Shown one piece after another: positions 52,115-61,100 of a DNA stretch of 64,000 bases. A program made the position numbers and the translations under genes. Below the pieces are notes generated by a model. It had not been told where the DNA came from. It worked only from the letters and a program-made list of their open reading frames with translations, and searched no databases. How positions within the stretch are numbered: the stretch's first letter is position 1; each line of letters begins with the position of its first letter. The stretch lies in contig CBDUPA010000005.1 in assembly GCA_965368975.1 (NCBI GenBank), positions 249,099 through 313,098 of the forward strand. The letters are read 5' to 3'. The stretch is from an uncultured bacterium (GTDB taxonomy: Bacteria; Acidobacteriota; Thermoanaerobaculia; Multivoradales; JAHZIX01).

Positions 52115-53713
52115 ATGCTGGGAGTTCTTCGTCTTGCCCGACAACACCTTCTCTCCCTGGCCATGACCCTGGCCGTGGTCCTGGTCCTGGCTTTCTCGCA
52201 TGCCGGGGCCGCCCAGCTCCGGGAGCCGGCCGCCTCACCGTTGCACGGTGTCGCTACGGACAAGGCTGGTGGTACCAGTCTGACCTGGGCCAATGCTGGC
52301 TCCGGCGGCTGGGGCAACGCGGTCAACTGGTCGCCAGTGCAGGTCCCGGCCAGTTGCGATGCCGTCACCGTCGCCAACGGCGGCACCGCGCGACTGGTGA
52401 CCTCGACCGGCGCTGCCGCCGACACCACCGTTGGCCCGGTCGGTGGTACCGGTACGCTCGAAGTCACCAACTCGACCTTCGACGTCTTCGGCGCGCTGCA
52501 GCTCGCCTACGGTTCCGGCAGCGTCGGCGATGCTACCGGTACGCTGGAGATTACCGACTCGACGACCAACGTCACCGGTGCCTTCTCGCTCAGCGTCGTG
52601 GATGGCGTGCCGTCTTCGGGCAGTGGCGTATTGGCCGCCAGCGCGACGATCAGCGGCGGTTCGTTCGAAGTGGCGGGTGATCTCGAAATGCTGGAATACG
52701 CCATCAATGGCACCGCCAGCGTCACCGGCACCGCGTCGCTGACCGTCAGTGGCCTGACGCGCTTCGCGGTGGTCGGTGACTTCGACATCGCCGACTATGG
52801 CAACGCGGGCGGCACCAGCAGCGGCAGTGCGACGCTGGTGGTCGACGATGTCGCCGACTTCCGGGCTCGTGAGTTTGAGTTCGGCAGCTACGAGGGCGAT
52901 TCCCTGCAGCCCGTGTCGGTCAGCGTCGATGCCACCATTACCGACACCACCATGGTGCTGCTCGAGGACATCGAGTTGGCCGAGATCACCGGTGATGCCT
53001 TGGCACGTGTCACCGAGACCGTCAGCCTGACTCTGGAACGCACCGCGCTCGACCTCGGACAGGGTTTCCTGGTCGGCCTAATCGACGCGCCGTTCCTCGA
53101 TGCCGCCAGCGCGGTCGACGCCACCCTGATCCTGCGCGACAGCCGCGCCACCGCCTCGGAGATCGCCGTCGGCATCCTGTTGGACCCTTCGCCGGGCAGT
53201 GTGCGCGGTCGTCTAGAGCTGGAGCGTAGCTTCATCGAGATCTCGGATTCCTTGGTCTGGCCCTATATCGGCGAGCTCTACCTATTCCCGGACAGCGAAC
53301 TGGTGTTCCACATCGAGGGAACGACCCGTGCCAGTGCCGCCAACGTCGCGGGGCCGAACGGAGTTCCCGGCACGGGGCTCTACAGCGCCATCGACTTCCA
53401 GGACGCACCCTTCTTGCTGCTCGGTGGGACGCTCGAGCTGGTGATCAACGACACCGGCGTCCAGGTTGGCGACACCTACGACCTGATTCGCAACATCGGT
53501 ACGCCCGGCTTCATCGAGGGCTTCACCGAAGACTTCACCGAAGTGATCATCTCCGGCCTGTGCCGTGGTGTCGAGGTCGCGGTGGCGCCGGCCACAGACG
53601 TGGACAGCAACGTGGTGCTGCGCGCCACGGTCACCGCGGCTCCAATGCCGTGCGAGATCTTCAGTGACGACTTCGAGCTGGGCAATCTCGATTCTTGGAC
53701 CATCTTTCCTTGA
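52115..53713 (+). CDS. Secreted acidic beta-rich surface protein with IFxDxFE-type C-terminal motif
   Basis: Signal peptide; W.....GGW....NW....VP motif; Gly/Thr/Val-rich beta repeats; ends CEIFSDDFELGNLDSWT. Start uncertain (52100, 52115 or 52163). Confidence 0.7.
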   Translation: MLGVLRLARQHLLSLAMTLAVVLVLAFSHAGAAQLREPAASPLHGVATDKAGGTSLTWANAGSGGWGNAVNWSPVQVPASCDAVTVANGGTARLVTSTGAAADTTVGPVGGTGTLEVTNSTFDVFGALQLAYGSGSVGDATGTLEITDSTTNVTGAFSLSVVDGVPSSGSGVLAASATISGGSFEVAGDLEMLEYAINGTASVTGTASLTVSGLTRFAVVGDFDIADYGNAGGTSSGSATLVVDDVADFRAREFEFGSYEGDSLQPVSVSVDATITDTTMVLLEDIELAEITGDALARVTETVSLTLERTALDLGQGFLVGLIDAPFLDAASAVDATLILRDSRATASEIAVGILLDPSPGSVRGRLELERSFIEISDSLVWPYIGELYLFPDSELVFHIEGTTRASAANVAGPNGVPGTGLYSAIDFQDAPFLLLGGTLELVINDTGVQVGDTYDLIRNIGTPGFIEGFTEDFTEVIISGLCRGVEVAVAPATDVDSNVVLRATVTAAPMPCEIFSDDFELGNLDSWTIFP

Positions 53714-53831
53714 TATAGGCCATGGTCGATGTGCTTCAGTCGCTGGCATACCTGGTCGAGGTGGGGAATAATGGGGATCTAGAGAAACCTCGCCTTTTCA
53801 ATATCCCATTTCTCGTATCAGGATGGCCGAC

Positions 53832-56800
53832 ATGACTGCTCCCCTGCGTTTCGCCTGTTCCAGCGTCGTCACCCCGGCGGTCTCGCTGACTCTGGCCCTG
53901 CTACTGACCCTGGCTGTAGTGCCTGCCCAGGCGCAGCCGTCGTTCAGCAAGGTCTTCTCTCCAGACACGATCGGTCCAGGAAGTGTTAGTACGCTGACGT
54001 TCACGATCGACAACTTCGGTGGTGGGCCGGTGACCGATCTGGCCTTCACCGACGTGCTGCCAGCCGGAGTGACGCTGGCATCGCCTTTCGGCGAGCACAA
54101 TTGTGACGATGGCGTGGTGACTGTAGTGCCAGGCGACACGATCAACTTCATGGATGGAGAAGTGGGACCAGGGGACTCTTGTACCGTCAGCGTCAACGTC
54201 ACGAGTGGCTTTGCCGGTGTGTACACCAATACTTCCGGAGATCTGACGTCCTCGGCCGGCAACAGCGGCATGGCCACTGACGATCTGATCGTCGTGACCA
54301 CTCTGCCGGGGTTCTCCAAGAGCCTTGCGCCCAGCGCGATTTCCTTCGGTGGTCGCAGTACGCTCACCTTTCTCATCGACAATACGCTCAACCCAGGGTC
54401 GGTAGATAATGTCGACTTCACGGACAACCTGCCGGTTGGGATGGTGGTCGCCGATCCGCCCAATGCCTCGACGACTTGCGGCTCTGCCGTTCTTCCGGCC
54501 ACGCTCACCGCCGCTGCCGGCAGCAGCACCGTCACACTCGATGCCAACGGAAACTTCATCTTTCCCGCGCTAGCGGCTGGCGCGACGTGTTCCGCCACCG
54601 TCGATGTGACAGCAACCGGCATCGGCATGCTCGACAACGTGTCGAACGATCTACTGGCGAACTTCGTCGCCGCCGGCAAGGCAAGCGATGTCCTCGATGT
54701 CACGATAACCCCGCTCGCCCTGGTCAAGTCCTTCACGGACGATCCAGTGGCGCCCGGCGACATGGTGACGCTCGAGTTCACCATCCAGAACCTGAGTCCG
54801 TCGGACAGTGCTTCGGCCGTCACCTTTACCGACGATCTGGCGCTCGTCCTACCCGGCGTGCCCGACTTGACCGCCATCGGCCTACCGCTGGTCGATCCCT
54901 GCGGAGCCGGATCGACGCTCAGTGGCTCGGCTGGCGATACCCTCCTGACCCTGACTAACGGCAGCATTCCGGCGCGAGATGTCTGTACGTTTAGCGTCAC
55001 CCTGCAAGTGCCTGCCACGGCGGTTGCTGGCGCCTATCCGAATACCACCAGCGCCGTTTCTGGCACCGTTGGCGGCGGGCCAGTCGTAGGCAACATGGCT
55101 TCCGACACGCTGTTCGTCGATCCTGCGCCTGTGCTCACCAAGAGCTTCACCAACGATCCGATCGGTGCTGGGGGCACGGTGACCTTGGAGTTCACCATCA
55201 CAAACTCCAGTCCGGGCCTGATGGCCACCGACATCGCCTTTACCGATGAGCTCACCACTTTCTTGCCGTTCCCGCTGTCTGTCGTGTTACCAGTGGCGCC
55301 TTGCGGCGGGACAATGGGGTTCATTTTTCCCGATGTCGACCGGCAGGCCCTCTCGCTCACCGGCGGTACCCTGGCGGGAGGTGCCTCTTGCACCTTTAGT
55401 GTGGACATCAATCTCCCCACCGATCTACCGGCTGGCAACTACCTCAACGTCACCAGCGATGTCACCGCCCTGGTCGGTGGTGTGCCCTCGACCGGCAGGC
55501 CGGCGATGGACACTCTGACGGTCGTGGCGGCGCCGCGGCTGGCCAAGGAGTTCACCGACGATCCAGTGATGCCTGGAGACACGGTGATGCTGGAGTTCAC
55601 GCTGACCAACTTGGACACGGTCAACTCGGTAGACATGATCGGCTTTACCGATGACTTGAATGCAACCTTGACTGGCTTGTCGGCGATCGGCTTGCCGGCC
55701 AACAACGTGTGCAACGGCACCGGTACGCTCAGTGGCACCACCAGCCTGACCTTCAGTGGCGGCACGCTGGCGCCGGACTCCTCCTGTACCTTCAGCGTCA
55801 CGTTGCAGGTTCCGGGCGGTGCGATCCCGGGGATCTACAGCAACACAACAAGTAACGTCACTGCCACGATCGCCGGTGTTGCGGCGACGCGGTCGCCAGC
55901 CACAGACGACCTGGTCGTGACCAACGTGTCCTTCACCAAGGAGTTCATCGACGATCCTCTGATTCCTGGCTCAAACGGCATCCTGCGCTTCACCATCGAC
56001 AATCAGGGGCCCACCGACGCCACCGGCATGCTCTTCTTCGACACGCTGAGTGCGGTTTTGCCTGGGCTCGCTGCGGTGGGGCCCTTGCCGACGACCCCTT
56101 GCGGAGCAGGCTCGACGATCTCGGGTACCACGAGCCTGACTTTCCTCAACGGCAATCTACTCGCCGGCACCTCATGTACTTTCGATGTCACCGTGGCGGT
56201 GCCCGGAGCTACTCTGGACGGTACGTATGGCAACCTCACCTCCAACCTCTTCGCCACCCTCGGGGGCACCTCTGTGTCGCTGCCTCCAGCCAACGACACC
56301 CTGACCGTCACCTCGACGTTGCTGCAGTTGACCAAGGCCTTCATCGGCGATCCTGTCGCCCCGGGTGACATGGTGACGCTGGAGTTCACGCTCACCAACG
56401 TGGACCCCGCTGACCCAGCTGACATGCTTGCGTTTACCGATGATCTGAACGCTGCTCTCACTGGCTTGGCGGCTGTTGGGCTACCGGCCAACAACGTGTG
56501 CAACGGCACCGGCTCGATCACGGGTACCACCAATCTGACCTTCAGCGGCGGCACGTTGGCTGCCGGGGCGTCGTGTACCTTCTCGGTGACCGTCCAGGTA
56601 CCCGGCGGCGCAGCAGCGGGGACCTACACCAACACCACCAGCGCGATCACAGGTGAAATTACCGGCTTGCCGGTCAACGGTACGCCAGCGTCCGACGACC
56701 TGGCGGTCTCGGTGGTCAGTCTGAGCAAGGCATTCGACGGGCCAACCGTGCCTGGTGGCACCGCGGTATTGACGTTCACCATCGATAACCTCGGCGGCAT

Positions 56801-57950
56801 TGCGGCGAACGACCTCGAGTTCTTGGACGATCTCAACGCCGTCATCCCAGGCCTGTCGGCGATCGGTCTGCCACTGGTCGATCCCTGTGGTGCCGGCTCG
56901 CAGGTCAGTGGCACTTCGCTGATCAATTTTGGCGGCGGTAGCCTGGGCGCCGGTGGCATGTGCACCTTCGACGTTACCGTCCAGGTGCCGGCGGGGGCCA
57001 CGCCCGGCAGCTACCTCAACACCACCACCAACCTGTTCGAAGCCGGCCTCTCCGTAGCCGATCCCGCCACCGCAATGCTGGCCATCGAACCGCCGCCGCT
57101 GTTTTCGAAGCTGTTTGCGCCGGACCTGGTTGTCGTCGATGCGCCGAGCACACTGACCTTCACGATCGACAACACGGGCAGTGCAATTGCTGCAACAGGT
57201 CTCGATTTCACCGACAATCTGCCGTTGGGTTCCGTTGTTGCAACGCCTGCGAGCACTTCGACAACCTGTGGCGGCACGGTTACCGCCGTTGCTGGTAGTG
57301 CCAGCATCAATTTCACGGGTGGCACTGTGGCTGCGGCGGCTTCCTGCACAGTCAGTGTCAACGTCACCAGCAGCACCCCGGGGAGCTATCTCAACGTCAC
57401 GGGGGATTTGACCTCGACTTCCGGCAACAGTGGTACGGCGAGCGATACGCTCGAAGTCATTTCACCGCTGGTGCTGACCAAGGTCTTCATTCCGGCGACG
57501 GGACAACCCGGTCAGACGCTGCAGCTCGAGTACACCCTAGACAACCCGTCACCGCTGGCGTTGAGCAACATCGCCTTCACTGACGACTTGGACGCCGTGC
57601 TGACGGGGCTGGCGGCTACGGGACTTCCGCTTACTGATGTCTGCGGCTTTGGCTCGCTGATCACCGGTACAGGGTTGCTGACGTTCACTGGTGGTAGTTT
57701 GGGCGCAGGTGCCTCCTGCACCTTCAGTGTCAACGTCGTGATTCCTGCCGATGCGGCCTCCGGTAACTACCCGAGTACCACGAGCGACCCAACTGCCGAT
57801 GCGGGAGTTGCGCCAGTCGTCGGTGCCGCTGGCACGGCCAATCTGATTGTGCGTGCCGATGTGCTGGAGATCCCGACGCTGGACGAGTGGGCTCTGCTGT
57901 TGTTGAGCAGCCTGTTGGCCCTGCTCGCTGTTGCCCGAATGCGACATTAG
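53832..57950 (+). CDS. Large secreted DUF11-like Ig-repeat protein (10 repeats) with IPTL-CTERM sorting signal
   Basis: Signal peptide ..PAQA; ten units of about 130 aa (K.F..LTFTI.N..FTD.L..C..CT.SV.V..Y.N.T); C-terminal IPTLDEW-TM-RMRH. Start placed after a conserved AGGA (alternative 53823). Confidence 0.9.
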   Translation: MTAPLRFACSSVVTPAVSLTLALLLTLAVVPAQAQPSFSKVFSPDTIGPGSVSTLTFTIDNFGGGPVTDLAFTDVLPAGVTLASPFGEHNCDDGVVTVVPGDTINFMDGEVGPGDSCTVSVNVTSGFAGVYTNTSGDLTSSAGNSGMATDDLIVVTTLPGFSKSLAPSAISFGGRSTLTFLIDNTLNPGSVDNVDFTDNLPVGMVVADPPNASTTCGSAVLPATLTAAAGSSTVTLDANGNFIFPALAAGATCSATVDVTATGIGMLDNVSNDLLANFVAAGKASDVLDVTITPLALVKSFTDDPVAPGDMVTLEFTIQNLSPSDSASAVTFTDDLALVLPGVPDLTAIGLPLVDPCGAGSTLSGSAGDTLLTLTNGSIPARDVCTFSVTLQVPATAVAGAYPNTTSAVSGTVGGGPVVGNMASDTLFVDPAPVLTKSFTNDPIGAGGTVTLEFTITNSSPGLMATDIAFTDELTTFLPFPLSVVLPVAPCGGTMGFIFPDVDRQALSLTGGTLAGGASCTFSVDINLPTDLPAGNYLNVTSDVTALVGGVPSTGRPAMDTLTVVAAPRLAKEFTDDPVMPGDTVMLEFTLTNLDTVNSVDMIGFTDDLNATLTGLSAIGLPANNVCNGTGTLSGTTSLTFSGGTLAPDSSCTFSVTLQVPGGAIPGIYSNTTSNVTATIAGVAATRSPATDDLVVTNVSFTKEFIDDPLIPGSNGILRFTIDNQGPTDATGMLFFDTLSAVLPGLAAVGPLPTTPCGAGSTISGTTSLTFLNGNLLAGTSCTFDVTVAVPGATLDGTYGNLTSNLFATLGGTSVSLPPANDTLTVTSTLLQLTKAFIGDPVAPGDMVTLEFTLTNVDPADPADMLAFTDDLNAALTGLAAVGLPANNVCNGTGSITGTTNLTFSGGTLAAGASCTFSVTVQVPGGAAAGTYTNTTSAITGEITGLPVNGTPASDDLAVSVVSLSKAFDGPTVPGGTAVLTFTIDNLGGIAANDLEFLDDLNAVIPGLSAIGLPLVDPCGAGSQVSGTSLINFGGGSLGAGGMCTFDVTVQVPAGATPGSYLNTTTNLFEAGLSVADPATAMLAIEPPPLFSKLFAPDLVVVDAPSTLTFTIDNTGSAIAATGLDFTDNLPLGSVVATPASTSTTCGGTVTAVAGSASINFTGGTVAAAASCTVSVNVTSSTPGSYLNVTGDLTSTSGNSGTASDTLEVISPLVLTKVFIPATGQPGQTLQLEYTLDNPSPLALSNIAFTDDLDAVLTGLAATGLPLTDVCGFGSLITGTGLLTFTGGSLGAGASCTFSVNVVIPADAASGNYPSTTSDPTADAGVAPVVGAAGTANLIVRADVLEIPTLDEWALLLLSSLLALLAVARMRH

Positions 57951-57973
57951 TTGGGCTTCAAGGTCGTGTGTGA

Positions 57974-58013
57974 CCATCCGACTGGCGCCATAGAGTGGCG
58001 CTTGTCGATGGTC
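57974..58013 (+). terminator. Imperfect stem-loop between the two IPTL-CTERM genes
   Basis: gaccat..cgac..gcgcca / tggcgc..gtcg.atggtc pairing; no clear U-tract. Confidence 0.3.
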
Positions 58014-58128
58014 CCGTCGAGTACGGGCTGGGCGAGTAGCGCCGGGTTGGAGAATCGTGGATAATAAAGCGCCTTGGAACACCGGCGCCCATCATCTCGA
58101 TTCCCTTTGCTCGACTAGGATGACTCAC

Positions 58129-61100
58129 ATGCAGACCTCCCTTCGTGTTCTCCGTTTCGCCCTGCCTGCACGCGACTTGCCTGTACCGACACTGGTTGCT
58201 GCGCTCGTTCTGAGCCTGGCGCTCGCCGCGACTCCGGCACAGGCTCAGCCTAGCTTCAGCAAGGTGTTCACCCCGGACACCCTCGCTTCGGGAAGCGTCA
58301 GTACCCTGATCTTCACGATCACCAACGGTTCCGGTGTGCCCGTGACCAACCTGGCCTTCACGGACAATCTTCCTGCAGCCGTGTCCGTGGCGACACCGGC
58401 AGCTGTGACGTCTACGTGCCCTGATGCAGTTGTGACGGCCGGCGGTGGCAGCATCATGATGACGGACGGTGAAGTGGCGGCTTTCGCGTCGTGTACCGTG
58501 AGCGTCGACGTGACGAGTTCGACTGTGGGCACCCACACGAATACCAGCGGAGATCTCACCTCGAGCGCCGGCAACAGTGGTACGTCGACTGACGACCTGA
58601 CAGTGGTCACGAATCGGCCCGCCTTCTCCAAGGCCTTCGCTCCATCCACGATCGACTTCGGTGAGCGCACCACGTTGACCCTGACGATCGACAACAGTGT
58701 CAACCCGGGGTTCGCTACGGCTCTGTCTTTCACCGATGCCTTACCGAGTGGGCTTGTCATTGCCGATCCGGCCAACGCGTCGGCGGATTGTCCGGGGGCG
58801 TTTTTGACCGCGATGGCCGGTGGTGGCACGATCTCGATCTCCAGCGGTCTCTTGCTCCCCGGCCAGACGTGCACGGTAACCGTCGATGTGGCGGGTTCCG
58901 CCATCGGTAGCTTCATCAACCGAACTGAGCTCTCCTCGACACCGGGCGGTCCCTCGGTCTCCAGTGGCTTCGCGACGGCCCAACTGGACGTCACCTTGGA
59001 TCCGGATCTGCACATCACCAAAGGTTTCGTCGGGAACCCCGTGGCACCAGGGAACACGGTGGTGATGGACTTCACCATCCGCAACCAGAGCCCCTCGGAC
59101 AGTGCGACCGGTGTGACCTTCACGGATGATCTCAGCGCCACGCTCGCTGGCCTCGTGGCAGTAGGACTGCCTGCCAACGACGTGTGTGGCGCCGGCTCGC
59201 AGCTGACGGGCACAGGCCTCCTGACCCTGACTGGGGGCAACATCCCTGCGCGTGATGTGTGTACTTTCAGCGTGACGTTGCAAGTACCTGCCGGGGCAGC
59301 CGTGGGCAACTACCCGAACACGACCAGCGCAGTGTCAGCCACCGTGGGCGGTAGCTCGGTCACGGGAAACCAGGCCACCGAGATCCTGTATGTAAGTCCA
59401 GTGCCGGTGCTCACCAAGACTTTCTTGACCGATCCGGTGGGTGCAGGTGGTACGACGACAATCGAGTTCACCATCACCAACTCGAGCCCGACGGCTGCGG
59501 CCACCGATCTTGGTTTCGCTGACAACCTCAGCGCTTTTCTTTCTGGCTCCGTCTATACGAGCGGAATTCAGAACAACATCTGTGGCGCTGGCTCTGTGCT
59601 CACTACCACGCTCAACAATGGACAGACGTTCTTGACCTTGTTCAGCGGTAGCCTCGCCGCAGGCGCTTCCTGCACGTTTACCGCGGACGTGCAGATTCCG
59701 GCAGGCGGTGCGCCCGGCACTTACGTCAATACGACGTCGGACGTCACGGGAACCATCGGTGGTTTGCCGGTCTTCGGGCCGCCCGCCAGTGACACCCTGG
59801 ACGTGGTGGTCGGGCCGTTGCTGACCAAGGAGTTCACGGACGATCCCGTAGACCCCGGCGACATGGTGACGCTCGAATTCACGCTGACGCACGACGCCGC
59901 CGAACCTGCTGACGCCACCAACATCGCCTTCACCGATGACCTGAACGCGGCGCTGGTAGGCCTCAGTGCGATCGGCTTGCCCCTCAACGATGTCTGCGGC
60001 ACGGGCTCGCAAATCTCCGGTACCACCAACCTGAGCTTCACCGGTGGAACCCTGGCTCCGGGGGCTTCCTGTACCTTCAGCGTGACGCTGCAGGTGCCGG
60101 TGGCGGCGCTGCCGGGTACGTACACGAATCTGACCAGCAACGTGTCTTCCACGGTAGGTGGGGTCGCAGCCAGCCGAGCCGGTGCCCAGGACAACTTGCT
60201 GGTCGGCGGACTCTCCTTCACCAAGGAGTTCATCGACGATCCGCTGCTGCCTGGCGGAACGGGTACGCTGCGCTTCACGATCGACAATCAGAGTACCGTC
60301 GATGCCACCGGGATGTTCTTCACCGACAATCTCCCGTCCGCGCTCACGGGTCTGACGACGACCGGGGCTCTGCCGGCGAATCCTTGCGGCGCCGGTTCCG
60401 TTCTGAGCGGCCCCTCGTTCCTGATTCTCGTTGGTGGCAATCTCACAGCTGGTACCTCCTGTACCTTCGACGTCACCGTGGACGTTCCAGGTGGAGCTGC
60501 CGATGGGGGGTACCTCAATACGACGAGCAACTTGACGGCAACATTAGGTGGTAGTGGGGTGACCGTCCAACCTGCTGCCGATCAACTGACCATCGATTCC
60601 ACTCGCTTGGCTCTGACCAAGACCTTCACCAACGATCCGGTCCAACCCGGGGGGTCGCTCATCCTCGAGTTCACGATCACCAACGACGACATGGCGAATG
60701 CCGCGTCCGGAGTCAGCTTCACGGACGACCTGGACGCAGCCCTCTCGGGTCTGGTCGCCGTTGGTTTGCCGCAGAACGACGTCTGCGGTGCCGGTTCTCT
60801 CCTCTCCGGGGCGGGCCTGCTGACCCTGACCGGTGGCAGCTTGGCCGCGGATGGCTCGTGTACCTTCTCGGTCGGCCTACAGGTTCCCGGCGGCGCGGGG
60901 TCTGGTGTCTACACCAACACGACTTCAGGTCTGACCGGCATGATTACCGGCCTTTCGGTGACGGGCCCCGCGGCTTCGGATGACTTCGTCGTCTCCGTCA
61001 TCAACTTCGACAAGGCTTTCGATGGGCCCACGGTCGCCACTGGCACCGCGGTTCTCACCTTCCTGATCGAGAACCTCAATGCCACCGATGCCAGCGGCCT

